NCBI GenBank assembly: GCA_951406725.2
Contig: OX597815.1
Coordinates: 47,616,001-47,680,000 of the forward strand
Direction: 5' to 3'
Length of the DNA: 64,000 nucleotides
DNA from: Octopus vulgaris
Lineage: Eukaryota
The notes under the pieces are model-generated. The model did no database searches. It was given only the letters and a program-made list of their open reading frames with translations, and was not told the DNA's origin. Of this stretch, positions 12,601-27,419 are shown in pieces. The position numbers and the translations under genes were made by a program. Every line of letters begins with the position of its first letter. The first letter of the stretch is position 1.

Positions 12601-13334
12601 CATTACTCGAAGTCTATGTATCTAATATAAATATCGCTTATGTGTCTGTGCTAATACATAAATAGATACATATTTGTGTGTGTGTGTGTGTGTGTGCATG
12701 CGTGTGTTAGCCTGTGCATGGGTGATAGAGTGTTTACGTATGTAGGTATGTAATCATGAAAGTGTAGTTAGAATGAATAGAGAAGCAAATGCCAAAATGC
12801 TTTGTAATAAACGTTAAATGTGAATCTGCTTCGCAATGAGTTACAATAAGTGTGGGAAACGTTTTTGATTGGGAATTAAGGGAAATGGAATCCTTGAAAA
12901 TATGATATAAATAAGTGAGGTATATTAAAATTGTTAGAGTGAGTTCAGTATGATGCCTAACCTTAATTCTGTCCTTCAAGACACAAATATAAAATAATTA
13001 CATACCACCCTACCTTTGAGAATCCACTGCTCAATAATTGCCTGACACCCTGACAACGTAAAAGTTGCTTATTGAATGTTTTTTTTTTCAAATATGACGA
13101 CTAATTTTACAAAACACGAATAAAACAGTATTCTGCTAACGGCCGTGGGGAAGTTGGAAGCTCATCCTATCGTTTCTTAACACTTCACGATGGAACAAGA
13201 ATGAGTTATTTTTATTTACTGACTAACGACGAGTCTAGAATTCGCAAGCGCCTTTACGTCTTTGCATTAAACAGGTTAAAAGGCTTTTAGAAGTAGCATT
13301 TAAAAATATGCATATTCCCATCACTCTCTATTTC

Positions 13335-13408
<74 letters not shown>

Positions 13409-13702
13409 TGTGTGTGTATACATGAGTACATATATGTATGTGTGTATGTGAGAGAAGGAGGGGAGAGGGAGAGAGAGGTGGGTTTGTAGCTGGATGCAGG
13501 GTCAAAGCAGATATATTTAAAGTTTATGGAAGGAATAACAGAATGTTCTGATATATGTATTTATGCACATATGAATATATGTGTTTGTATGTGTGTATGT
13601 ATATGTGTGTGCGTGTATGCGCGTTTATATATTCGTATGAATATATATGTGTGTATATATACATGTATGCATGTATATGTAGTATGTATGTGTATGCATA
13701 TA

Positions 13703-13785
<83 letters not shown>

Positions 13786-14818
13786 GCCTTTCCCAAAGCT
13801 CTGGGAAAATAAACGATGTTTTTGCAGTAAACTTAATCTTTTACATAAGATATGTATGCAAGAATTGAAATGTAAAAAAAGAAAGGATTCAAACTAACAT
13901 GATATAAATAAAAAATGGTTTAAAAATGATGAAAAAAAAGAATGAAATAAACGTAAAAATAAAAGGAAACAAAAAGGAAAACGAAAGATAAAAATATCTG
14001 GAAAAAATACAATATAATAGGGAGCCAAGAAAATTTTCTTTTAAAACTAACAGAAAGAATGTTAAAAAAAAAGAAATGAAAGAAAAAAGAGAAAGAACAA
14101 ACAAGTAAACTGATTGAAAAACATACAATAAAGAGCAGACATTGTAGGATTATGCTTTGCAAGACAACATGTCGTAAATGGAGTCTGGGTTCTTGCTCTG
14201 ATGAAACACTACTACAACTCTTGTACATTAGCATGTATTTCTGGTCACGCTTCTGAGTTGAATCAGAGAAACATGGGAGACAGTCATTTCCCCCTAGCCA
14301 TTTGTAAAGACAGTTAGCTGCATCAGCTTCAACAGCAGCAATGACAACAACGACAAAAATAACCATAACTACAAAATACCGCAGAAGTAATAACAACGGA
14401 TAAGACAAATATCGAAAACAAATATTATCGGCATTTAAAATAACAGTAGCTAAGAACTCCGTTCTATGGTGGTTGTTTTTGCTAGTCAAATGTATAAATT
14501 TCTGGAGGCTAATGTATGACATTCGAAAAAATAAATAAAAGCGTAGGTGAACGTCGTGGAAGAAGAAGTAAGTGTTCCGCCATATGAGTCTGTGATCAGC
14601 TTTCAATCCCTACAATAAGCTAGTTCAGTTCACATTCATTTCTAAATCAATATTGAATAGAATGGAATGGAAGCCACGAGATCACGATCACAGTTCTATC
14701 TTCTGTGAGTTTAACCCTTTCAAACGAATCAAAAGCTGAGAGTAAAATTACATATTCAATCTATTTAGCTCCATTCAGGAGCTGAATAGACGGAATATGT
14801 AATTGCTTTTGAATGTGT

Positions 14819-14870
<52 letters not shown>

Positions 14871-15267
14871 TGCGTGTGTGTGTGTGTGTGTGCGTATGTG
14901 TGTTTGTGTGTATGTGTGTGTTTGTGTGTGTTTGTGTGTATGTGTGTGTATTTGTGTGTGTGTGTGTGTTTCTTCGAGTTTTATTTAAGTTCTTGAGAAA
15001 GTTCAAACCGATCGCTACCAAAGTGGCAATAGTTTTTTTAAGTTAAGAAAGTTCTCTGTGTGTGTATATATGTGGTTAAGTTGATGTGCTGGTTGAACTG
15101 TTGATGAATACATCCAAGTGTATGTATTTATTCACATAAGAATCTCAGATGGAGAGAATCTTTGGAATGTCTCACAAATCTTCATTCTGCCACAAATAGA
15201 CAAGATTTGAAGAATCCGTGTCAGTTTCTTTTGTTCTTTTTCCATGAAACCAAGTATTTCTAGGTTC

Positions 15268-15687
15268 TAGGCGTGACTGCATGGTAAAAAAAGTTTGCTT
15301 CCCAACCACATGGTTCCGAGTTCAGTCCCACTGCGTGGCATCGTGGCCAAATGTCTTCTACTATAGCCTCAGACCGACCGAAGCTTCTTGAGTGGATTTG
15401 GTAGACGGAAACTGAAAGAAGCCTGTCGTATGTGTGTGTGTGTGTGTGTCTTGTTGCTTTGTGTCTGTGTTTGTCCGACCACCATCGCTTGACAACCGAC
15501 GTCGGAGTGTTTATGTCCCCGTAACTTAGCGGTTCGGATAGAATAAGAATTAGTTTGCTTCCCAACCACATGGTTCCGAGTTCAGTCCCACTGCGTGGCA
15601 TCGTGGCCAAATGTCTTCTACTATAGCCTCAGACCGACCGAAGCTTCTTGAGTGGATTTGGTAGACGGAAACTGAAAGAAGCCTGTC

Positions 15688-15719
<32 letters not shown>

Positions 15720-15930
15720 CTTGTTGCTTTGTGTCTGTGTTTGTCCGACCACCATCGCTTGACAACCGACGTCGGAGTGTTTATGTCCCCGTAACTTAGC
15801 GGATCGATAGAATAAGAATTAGTCCTAGGGCCGATTTCTTCGTTTAAACAATCCTTCGTTTAAACAATTCCAACATGGTCACAGTCAAGTGACTGAAAGA
15901 AGTGAAGGAATAAAAGATAAAAAGAATAAA
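15268..15930 (+). mobile_element. SINE family B with near-perfect ~260-bp internal tandem duplication
   Basis: 15292-15551 repeated at 15552-15821, differing mainly in (TG)n length. Confidence 0.9.
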
Positions 15931-15937
15931 AGTATGT

Positions 15938-16033
<96 letters not shown>

Positions 16034-17079
16034 ATTTGCATACATATCTATATATAAAGGAATGATAATGCAGTCCTCTATACACTACGAATAGAAAAAA
16101 TGATGACTACCTCTGAATCAAATGTCTTTGCACCGTGGGTTTGCTCAATCACTACTGACCGAGCAGACCTATAATGAAAGGGAATCAACCAACAGTATCA
16201 TTAACAACGACACTCATATCAGTAGATGGCAAAGTATTTGATGAAATTGCTTTGAATTTCTTTAGACTTTTATTGTGCTAAGTTCTAATCCCGCTTTCAT
16301 CATTCCTAAATCGATAAAGAAACCTTCGTCTTATTTAATTAAGTTTCTCTATTGCAACTCTTCTGTGACTTCTTAACGCTGATAGAGTATATCAACCACA
16401 CATCTTGCAGTAATGAATTACACCGGTGCTTGCCAGCTAGAAATAGCAACGTAATCTCGCTCAAAGAACATTCTTCGATCTTGTGAATAGAAAACTGGAT
16501 TATCACAGTTGGACCGCCTTTTATCATAGCTTAACTTCTCTGGATCAATGGTGACTTGGGCTAAACAACAACGACTATTGCATATTATTTGTTTCCAGTT
16601 ACGTAGTTATGTAAATAAGATGTCTTTACCATTGATACAATAAACGCTCTCGAATCTATAGCGGAAGCTCTACGTAGTCGCTCAACTTAAAAACACTATC
16701 TAATGAACGGCCAAACATGAGCAGAACACATCTACATGGTTGTTCGACACGACAGAAATAACTATAGCTTCCAAATGTCCGCAAATCGAAACCTACGATT
16801 AAAAATGCGTGGCATATTGGGCAATAAAGTTTGAAAATAAGATAGAAAGGATATGATCACATTTCTCGATTAAGGCAAATAACAAAAGCCAAATCGTAAC
16901 ACTACTAAATGAGATTTTTATCATTCCTTCTTTCTTTTAGCCCTCAACTCATCATGGAGTTGTAGGAGTGCTGTCTAGACATGAGATATGTTTTATGAAT
17001 TTAAAAATGTAGAAGTCCAGCATCATGTCTGAACACAGCCGGTCTCTTCTAGATACAATAAGGGAGATATTAAAAAAGA

Positions 17080-17237
17080 GAGGAAGGAAAATCGACATCA
17101 GTATTATTTATCGACTCTGAAAGAATGAAAGGTATAGCTGAACTCAACAGGATTTTGAAATCAAAGCTAAGAGATTCAGAACGACTATCGCAAAACATTT
17201 ATTGCACGAAGCGCTCTACTCAGCAAGCTCGCCGCCA
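17080..17237 (-). mobile_element. degenerate SINE family A
   Basis: TTTTATCGAC...GAATGAAAGG...CAGCAAGCTCGCCGCC. Confidence 0.6.
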
Positions 17238-18900
17238 TCTTATGATTAATAACATCCGTTATTAGTAACCCTTTCACAAAACTTCTGGCAAACTTAATGT
17301 TAACAACAAAAACCTCATCTAAACTCATTAACTTTAACGTAACTGCAGTCATATTCAAGACAAACCTACGAAAGAATTGATGAGTGTACCCACAAATATA
17401 TTTGAACTTACGAGCCTTATGCCATACGACAAGCAGTGTATTAACTGGACAATATGGAGTTCGACTTCATTCGTATATTTTAGTAAATGAAATAGCTCCA
17501 CCTAAACATGCAGCTCCTATTTGTTTATATTGTTGACACTTGAGCACACAAACTGCCAGTAATAACAGGTCTTAAGTTAACTATTATCCAACGTGCTTTC
17601 AACACGAAGAGGGCCTTGAGATATTATAAATAATCACAATAACAGCACAAAAATCCCCACCAAGGTAGAGGAAGGAGAATGATTGAATGAAATAAAGAAG
17701 CAAATTAGCAAAGCAAAAGCAAATCCAAGAAATAATAAAAATTCCCTGACAAATTAGTTCTACCAATATCATTTTCGCAAATGTAAGCATAGTTTCCTTT
17801 GTTTATATACAAAGTGCATCTGGACAATTTTGTTATTGCTTCATGAAATATGTGTGTGAGGCGAGTGTGTGTATGTGCGTGCGTTCTTCTCTGCGCTGGG
17901 TGTGCACGTATATGTATGTGTCATTCGCCTCGCCTGTAACTATCCCATTAAACAATGCATTGCCATAAAAACAAATTAAGTCAAGTTATTATTAATGGGA
18001 CTTCAAAGATGCCAAGGTACCATATGTGTGTGTGTACGTGGGCGCGCGCGTATGTCTCTATAGCTATGTTAGAAGTTGAAGATTCTAGGATTGCAACACC
18101 GCGTTCCACGTAGCCGATGCTCAAAACGATTACAGCAGTGTGATAATATAAAAGGGGAAATAGTCCCAGTTAGAGCCAATTATGATCATTGGTCGGGAAA
18201 TGATTATTGGTTGAGTGCTTGCTGGAAACCACGAGAGAATAACCGTTCGAATATTTTGTTTGTATACTATGACGTTGCTTCTCTACATCAATCATTTCAA
18301 TAATCGGTAACGTGAAACTTTGCCGATTCAAGAAAATACAGATTCTAATAAAATATAAGAATTCAATTCTGTATATTAGGTATTTATTTTTCTCTGATTA
18401 AACATACAAACATTCACCAATCCATATTTGATTCCTTAATTTGTCGAGCAGACTAAACGGGGATAATTTATAATGCTCAAATGGAATAGCAAACACTGAA
18501 AGCTCCAGCAAAGAACCCCTTACGCTACTTAAAAACGAAAACACTCTCAAATGATAAAGAACCGAAAGCCTGTATGTCCGACCTTAATACGATGAAAAAA
18601 GTATATATTTTTTTCAAATATCGACCAAGACATAAAGCACAAAGATTTAACCAAACTTAAAGCTCCAAACATGTTTATGTTACTTCTGACAGCAGCACAT
18701 ACAACAGATAGTTTTAACAATATCACAATAAGGAAAATCACCTCTGCCCTATACTATGTTATTAATTTAGAAGAAGCAGCTAACGTACAATAGATATTAG
18801 ACTAGAAAGTTTAACGCTACATGAATCCTGCATTAGTTTAAAGATAACAAAAGTAACTTTCTAGCCAACTCTAAATATGAATTAATAAATCCACAGGAAA

Positions 18901-19120
18901 AGGCGATGAGCTGGCAGAATTGTTAGCGCGCTGGTCATGATGCGTAGCGGCATTTCGCCAGTCTTTACTTTCTGAGTTCAAATTACGCCGAAGTCGACTT
19001 TGCCTTTCATCATTTCGTAGTTGATAAAACAAGTACCCTTTGAACAATGGGGTCGATCTAATCGACTTAATCCCCACCGCCTTCAAATTCCTAGCCGAGT
19101 GTCAAAATTTGAAATCAATA
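18901..19120 (+). mobile_element. SINE family A
   Basis: GAGCTGGCAGAATTGTTAGC...GTCGACTTTGCCTTTCATC. Confidence 0.9.
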
Positions 19121-19661
19121 TAACCGGGGAAAGTTTGAGACGAGACAGTAAAAGATTATTTCTTTCATTTTAAACATCATATCACATATTTTCGTAACGA
19201 CATAAAAGTTTATGAGCTTCTCAGAGGTTAAGTAACAGAAAACATAGATAAATTTACCTAGTTCAATATATTAAAATCCTATTCATCTATAATTACATCT
19301 TTCTTCAGAAAGTTTTAGAATTTACAAGAAGTTTTAACCTAATTAGTGTTTTGAACATTAATGTTATTATGTGAGCGAAGAATTCTTTGCTATATTATGA
19401 CTGGTCGTGTTGCAATTAAAAGCGAGTTGGAAATATGAGGGAGAGATTCTGTGAAAGAATGACTAAGTGAGGGGGAATGGGTGAACGTTTGAGAGAAAGA
19501 AAGAGAGAGAGAGAGAGAGAGAGTAAAAGCCACTTTCGACTTAGTAGCGACTTTGTTGTTTAGATTCATACCTCAACTGACTGAACTCGTTTTGTCTTTC
19601 CCTCACATGCTTCGACTCTGTTCGGTGCTATCTTCAGACATGGACACATTAGGTAGTTGCT

Positions 19662-19808
19662 CAGGGTTCAATCGATCTAAGGGCCCAGTGGGTCTAGTGG
19701 CCCAATTCTGATTTATGCATACTGTGGCGTACAATTAATTACTAAATTCTTATAGGGCCCAGTGCACAGTTTTACATGGTGGTCTAAAATGTTGCAAAGA
19801 CGTCCCTG
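19662..19808. mobile_element. possible hAT-type MITE remnant
   Basis: CAGGG...CCCTG termini and internal GGGCCC motifs; no TSD seen. Confidence 0.3.
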
Positions 19809-20590
19809 CATCTGATGTGACCGCTACTCTCTGTTTCAATTTCTTGAAAATGAAAATGCAATAAAAAATTATATTTCTTATTCATGCATACATAAATACA
19901 CACATTCATGTGTGTGTGTGTGTAACAGTATCAGATTAAGATAGCCATCTGTGTATCAAACTTAATCATAATACATCGTGATAGGCAAGTTTACTGCAGT
20001 ATTAGTCCCGTAATAATACCTCTTACTGGCATGCTGTATTTAAAAACACAAAATATATAGGAGGCAGGCGAAATTGTGTTATGAGCGGATGGTGAAAATG
20101 CTAGGTGCACTTCTGTCTCCATTCGTCTTTGTTAGCTGCATGAACTCACAGCGAACAGAAGAAATCTATAGTCACTGATACGGGAAAAGAGTAAATAAAC
20201 ACTCACCAGTACCAAAGAGCCACCCAACTGAATCATGATCTATTGTACTCAATAGAAGCAAAATCAGATTAAAATAGCCGATTGTATATTATACTTAATG
20301 TTAAGTGTAGGGAAATAATATCTCATATGAACGTGTTATGCTTAAAATTAACAAATGTATCGTAGGCAAACGAAAATCGATCGGTGAGAATACTAGATGC
20401 TTTTCTGCTTCACTGAGGTTTTTAGAAGCATGTACCCACAGCTTCTCTTACGTTTAACATTATATATCCAGCCAGGTCGCCCATAGTAAAGTTTCTGTTT
20501 TAATTCCTCTGTCCTTTCGGGGGGTTTTTCCGTAAACCCATTCGTGAACATCTTTCTTTGCTCATACTAACTTCCAGTAGCTTCCAACTT

Positions 20591-20973
<383 letters not shown>

Positions 20974-21945
20974 AGCTTCCAGCTTGTTCTGTTGATAAGG
21001 TGAATTTTTCTTTTTGATAGTATTTTCTTTTTTGTTTTTAAAGCTATAATACATTAATTTGGATCCCTAGCAAGCATATCTGTTCAGTATTTTCTAGATA
21101 TATACTCTACAGATTCATATTTTAATTTCAAAGATGCTACCATTAGTTCTTGTTTCAGCTAACAGAGTTTGGAGTTTAAATGTTTAGAGTTTGAATTCTC
21201 AAATTACTTTCAGTGTTTACAAAACGTCTGTCTGCTTTGAATCAAGATTCTACACTCCATTCATGAGTTATAAATTATATTGAAAATTAGAATTTTTTGT
21301 TTGTTTGTTTTTTACTTATTTCTTTTTCTTTTTTTTTGGGGGGGGGGTTTCTTTTTGGAACGCAAACAAACGTAGGCATGTATTGCTTTATTTTCTATGA
21401 TTTTGAAATGCTCATTTTACGGTTTCTCGATTTTTTTTTTTTTTGTCACACAGTTTTGCTCACTTTCTGAGTTGAATAAAAGAGGTGGGGGGGATAAAAA
21501 ATTTAAAAAATGTGACAGATCGCCTCTCACTGCCTCTTTGGTAATTAGCAATTAGAGACTGAAAGCGACGAATACGTAAACATTAAACAAAATAGTGAAT
21601 GTATATGTTTGATGTGTGAGGAGAAGGGAGATTCATGTGTGTGTGTGATTTGACTGTGTGTGTGTGCGTGTAGGTTGTGTAGGTCTCATGTAACTACACA
21701 GGAAACCCCTACTCTTTGATTCGCTTCTTCCATCTGCGGTTGTGCATTATATAACACAGGCTTTCCGCCAATTTACAGTGATGCATTTACCCTTAAAGAT
21801 ATATGTAGCCTAATGTCAGTCTCAGATCATCGTCGTCGTTGTTGTTGTTGTTGTTGCTGATGCTGATGTTGTTCAAGTTGTTGCATGCTGGATAAGGCAA
21901 AAAGCACTTGAGCGCTAAATGAAGGGCTTCTGGTACTCAGCGTCC

Positions 21946-21947
21946 AC

Positions 21948-22042
<95 letters not shown>
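21946..22042. repeat. (CT)n microsatellite
   Basis: tandem array. Confidence 0.95.
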
Positions 22043-22045
<3 letters not shown>

Positions 22046-22591
22046 TGCTTTTCTGTTCAAACCTCTCTGCTGTCGGAAAAATAAGAACTAGAAAAATACT
22101 TCAATTATATTTTATGAAAGGTAGATGACAGCAGCAAAGTTGAAGAGGATAAATGAGCCTCCTCTGGTTATGTAAGAGTAGATATGAGGCAAGAAACTAG
22201 GAAATAGTAAATTTCAAGCCTTTGATGCATCAGAATAATCCAAGAAATTTGGGGATTACTCTAGTCATTTAGACAAAAACATCCTTGTGGGAACTCTTCG
22301 TAATTAAATGTTATCTAATCTATTAAAGGCACCCGCTAACATGGTAGCATGCTTTACACCCTCAAAAAATATCAATAGACGTTCAAGAAAAACAGAGGAC
22401 ATATTTGCAAAAATAAGTAAAACATATCGGGTCTATGTAATTGACTGTCGCTTCCTTAGAAATTACTGTCCTTATATTTACCCCTCTTATATCCATTCTC
22501 TTGTTGTAAAGTTTTTAATAAAAAGTCAATAAACAGAAAAAAATAAAGAATTCATGTTTCTAAATTAGAAACAATTATCATTATCATTCGT

Positions 22592-22860
22592 AAGGCGGCA
22601 AGCTGGTAGAATCGTTTGCAACTTATCCCCTCACCACCAAAATTCCAGGATTATTATTATTTTAGGCGGTGATCTGGCAGAATCGTTACCACGCTGGGAA
22701 AAATGCTTAACGGCATTTCGTCCGTCTATACGTTCAAATTCTACCGACGTAGATATTTGCCTTTGCCTTTCATCATTTCGAGGTCGAAAAAACTAGTAGC
22801 AGTTAAGCGCTAGAATTGATGTAACCGATTAATCCTCCTCCTCCGGTTATAACAGAAAGA
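22592..22860 (+). mobile_element. SINE family A fragments (short head plus longer copy)
   Basis: AAGGCGGCAAGCTGGTAGAATCG and GGCGGTGATCTGGCAGAATCGTTA...TTTGCCTTTCATCATTTCGAGGTCG. Confidence 0.8.
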
Positions 22861-23764
22861 ATTCTTACTATTAAGTGCTATTACGGCAGAATCACACCGT
22901 TTGGCAGAGTATGATAGCTACATAGTTCCTTCAGCAGAGTATGTAGAATTGCCAGATATTTACACCAGACCTAAGGATAAATTCTTCCTTTTCTTTTGCC
23001 AGTCTTGAAAGCCATGAAAAAGGTAAAAAGATAATGGGCGCTGAATAATTCATGTGAAAAAATTTTGACTAATTCATATAAAGAAAACAAATCAGTGCCT
23101 TTTGTCACAATGATTTGAATTCAAATGCCTATCGGTGTCAAATAACCCTTTCACTAAGTTTTCCCGGAGTTGATACTATAAACTACCACTTAAGTGCTGA
23201 CTCCCATTTAATTGACGGGACTCCTCCACACAAAAAAAAAAAAAATTAGAAAAAATTTGTAACCTTGATCCTATGTAAGAATTTATTATTCTTAGGGATG
23301 CAGATAAAAGTAACGGTTAAACGTCAAATGAAAAGCTACGGGGCATTCAGTTACGCCCCTTTCAAGTCGTGTGTTCCAAAGTTGGCCTTTCATTCAGTTG
23401 ATGGTGGCGAAGTGCAGATGTACAAAATAATAAGACAGAATGAAATAAAATTGGGACATTTGAACAGTTTAATCGTCGATGGCTTTCTTCACGAACGTGT
23501 GGTTGTGTGCCAATATTAAAAACCACTATTTTCTTTCTGAAATCCCTTTTGTTTAGACTTTTAGTTTATTTGAAGGGATTTATAACTGATTGTGAATTCT
23601 TTATTTTTCTGTTGATTCTTTTTTAATAAAAAATTAACAACAATAGAATGGCTGTAAAAAGAAAGGAAATATCAAAAGCCTTTTCATAGCAAACGTTCAC
23701 AAACGCCTTCAATTATCGTCTGTATCATGTTTTTCATGCGTTATACTGTTTTTTCTTTCTTTGT

Positions 23765-23798
<34 letters not shown>

Positions 23799-23934
23799 AT
23801 TGTTTTTTCTAATTCTTTTTTAACGGTAACGCGCGATATAGTAGTTTACTTGCTTTCTCTGATATTTTCTTGCTGCTTCTGTTTATAAATTAAAGTATGA
23901 TGCAATGTAACATTAAACCACCATCATTATTAAT

Positions 23935-24195
23935 ACATCATCGTAGTCGTCGCCATCATGATCAGGATCGTGATCTTCATCATCATCATCGCATTCGTCG
24001 TTGTCATCATCATCGTCAACATCCTCATCATCATTCTCATCATCATCCTCATCATCATCATCATCATCATCATCACCACGAATACGAGGACCACCACCAC
24101 CGCCACCATCATCATCATCAGCATCATCATCATCATCATCATCAACCGCTATTTCATCATCATAGATATCGTCGTCGTCTTCGTCATCATCAACA
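23935..24195. repeat. degenerate (CAT)n/(CAC)n trinucleotide tract
   Basis: low-complexity array; source of the poly-His/poly-Met ORFs. Confidence 0.9.
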
Positions 24196-24800
24196 ACGAT
24201 ACTTAGTAACTGATAGATAACGCCCTTTGAAATACGTTTCTCATGTCAAATTTTGTTTTTAAAGTGGGCTGGGAATTTAGGTTTATGACTTTGAACAATA
24301 AACGTGAGCGACGTCAAGATAATTAAACTGGTGCTCTGCTAACGAAAGGGAATTTAAGCGCTTCCGGTGCTTCTTTACGCTCACTGATTTTTTTTTTTTT
24401 ACAACGATGTGATGGCACACTATGACTCTATGTTCGAAACTATTCCTTGACGCTAATCTTCATGGCGAAGAAAGGTAATCGACGCGATATTTTTTTGGCC
24501 CCCACTGTAATGGCAGTTGATAAGTTCAATCGTTAAGCGTTGGATAAAATGCCTTGTAATATTTGTCACAGTTTTTACGTCCTGAGTTCGAAGCCTGCCG
24601 AGCAACCAGGCTTCTACAACACTTCACAAACCTTCTCCACCCTTTTGACATGATCCAGAGACAAGCCAAAGTAGGATATCCAGTGCCAAATGAATCGCAG
24701 GCTCAGGCATCTGGAAGTGCCATAATCTTCAGCGCAACTAAAAGATATCCAAAACGTCCATACACATATACACACACATATACATACACATACACATTAA

Positions 24801-25076
24801 TATTATTAAATCTGCAAAAACATCGTAAAATATCACAATAAACTGCTACTCAGAGTTTCACGTTCTCGTTCGTCGGACAGTTTAGATTGAGAATGACCGA
24901 CGTGAAGCTCTGAGTAGCAGTTTATTGGAATATTTTTGTGATGTTTTTGTAGCTTTAATGATAATAATGCATAATGTTCGAGTACTATTCCCCTCCCCCT
25001 TGTTTCACATGTATTTGCTTACTTTGGTATACACACACATATATGTATATATATATATATATATATATACATATAT

Positions 25077-25132
<56 letters not shown>

Positions 25133-25178
25133 ATACCAAAGTAAGCACGTAAATGTGAAACAAGGTGGGGAAATAGTA
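24801..25178. mobile_element. Penelope-like pLTR pieces arranged as two consecutive inverted repeats
   Basis: IR1 24801-24862/24901-24966; IR2 24983-25038/25125-25178 around (TA)n; homologous to 61180-61340 and 35251-35334. Confidence 0.7.
24840..24883 (-). ncRNA. minimal type I hammerhead-like motif (CCGACGA core)
   Basis: minus strand AAACTGT-CCGACGA-ACG(AGAA)CGT-GAAA-CTCTGAG-TA-GCAGTTT; all three helices pair, GUA triplet. Confidence 0.75.
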
Positions 25179-25263
25179 TATATATATATATATATATATG
25201 CACGTTAATATCGAACAATGAGAATGAGTGCTCGACACCAAATTAGTAGATAAAAATTCCTTC

Positions 25264-25400
25264 TTTATGAGTAAAGGCTACCGTTGGTTTCATGTTAAGG
25301 GAATTCACATGAAACATCGATGTCCGTCTCCGTTTTGGATTAAAACAATTGTTGAGTGGTTTCCCTTAAAATGAAACAAACGGTAGCCTTAAACCATAAA
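25264..25400. repeat. 40-bp imperfect inverted repeat containing hammerhead-like 3' halves
   Basis: 25264-25303 vs 25361-25400; arms read GAAAC-nAACG-GTA-GCCTT; spacer holds GAAACATCGATGTC. Confidence 0.7.
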
Positions 25401-27419
25401 TAAAATATACACACACATGCACACACACACACGTATATGTATATATATATGTATATATATGTGTGTGTGTGTGTGTGTGTGAACGTGTGTATGTATATAT
25501 ATATATATATACATACACATACATACATACACACACATATATATATGTGTGTGTGTATGCATGTGTATATATATATATATATATATAAATATATATATAT
25601 CACCAATGTATATTGGTGAAGGTCGCAGTTGGCAGTGAAAAACTGCTGTTCAAACGAAGGTCTTGGCGAAAATAAACTTCGCACCGAAGTTACTTATTCA
25701 AGCCGTCAGAAATGCAGTAACCTACTGAACAGTTAGATAGCTGTAATTAACGACGCTATTGATCAACAGTTTCAAACTATAATGAAATATATTAAAATAA
25801 AATAAAAATAACCAACCTAAAAACCAGCAATAATGATTTATCATATAAGTAAATTTCAAAGATTATCGATGACAGTTCGTTGAGATTATCGAACCAATTA
25901 TTTCAGTCAGTGGAAAATAAAATTTCAAAGAAAAATATATATAAGTATATATACATCTAGGGAAATTATTTCTTTTGCCGTACAAACTTAATAGATTTTT
26001 GGAAGAAAAAAACATAATTAATAGGTCTAACGGAGCAAAGTCGAATTTCATTGCACATTTCATGAGATAAAATATAAGGCTAACTAAGATTTGTTACAAA
26101 ACTGAAGACATTTAATTATTCTAGTTATTTATTAATTTATATTTATTTTATTCCTAAAAGCTCCGGTGAAGAAATATATTTAATCGATTGTCTTTCAAAA
26201 TAAGTTTTCACTATTCTTAAATTGCTGAAAGTATTCATCAAAAGGGAGATAAAAAAAAAAAAAGCAAAAACGGTTTTTGAAATAAAGTAAATAGAAGAAA
26301 AATATAATTTCCGCTGACATGACTGAGAAATACGTTTAATGAATTCTCATGAGCCTAGGGGAAATCATGCGGTGCAAACCTCTTATTTATTTATTCATTT
26401 AATCTTTGACTCATTTATTTTTGCTGTTTTCTTAGACGAGTGTTTCATTTCAGTATTTCATTTTGAGAAGTCAAATTTTACGTACGAAATATAATTACGC
26501 CACAGATTCTAAGCGTAGGTGGCAGTTCGATCTTGCTAGAAATTACAACTAAATCTCACCTTGCTCAGACTCCACCATCTTAAGCAAGGGAAAACTCATC
26601 GGATTATGAAGTATTAAATACCTCTTAAATAGGAGTGATAATCATATCGAGAGTATGATTTTTCTCCTATGTTTTCTCATTCAGAGTTTGATCAGGGAGG
26701 AGTTGATCGTTCGCAAATGAGGGTACTTCTATATCGTTAATCGACTTAAGAAAATAAAACAGCGAAATATGTTACAACAATCATCATGTCCTAATAAAAA
26801 TGCCATGATCGCTTATAAGAACTCTTCGCCACAAGTTCCTACAATAAAGAATTGAAAATCACTACCAGCATTGTTCCAGCTCTTCATGTTCTGAGTTTGA
26901 ATCTACCCGTGACTTAGTTGACTGGTAGACTAAGTCTTTTACCTTACCTGATTTAAAACCACCATCAGTTCCTTGGGTTATTTTATCGGAGTTAACAATT
27001 TTGCAGGACTGGTCTCCTACTTGCGGATACATTTTTCACTACATAGATAATAGTCACCGCCATTTAATCCCCTTTAAATGATGAAATTTTTTTTTCCAAA
27101 AATACACTGTATCATAAATCTGTTAGACCAGAGACGAATGTGGTTAATTTATTATACCAACATTATCAACATTAAGAGCTTGCAAAAGCCATGAACTAAA
27201 CCTTCTCGTTCATGCCAAACCAATGTAACAAAAATGGCAACAATATAAACCTAAGTTTCCTCATACGTGCCGTGCAGTGGGACTGAATCCGAAACTAAAT
27301 GGTTGCACAGCGGCCGACCAATACCTTGAGAGTGAATTTGGAAACCCATCATATATGTTTCTGTGTGTGTGTGTCTTTCTATTTGTGCATCTTATATAAG
27401 CGTTTATCACTATAATCCA

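Noticed and set aside
14195-14260. TGATGA...CTGA pair suggesting a C/D snoRNA
   Set aside because: No terminal stem and no recognisable antisense element.
13920-14606. 228-aa minus-strand ORF
   Set aside because: Phe/Leu-rich read-through of A-rich low-complexity DNA; no recognisable domain or splice context.
23897-24220. Poly-His ORF resembling a His-rich protein
   Set aside because: Produced by a degenerate (CAT)n microsatellite open in several frames.
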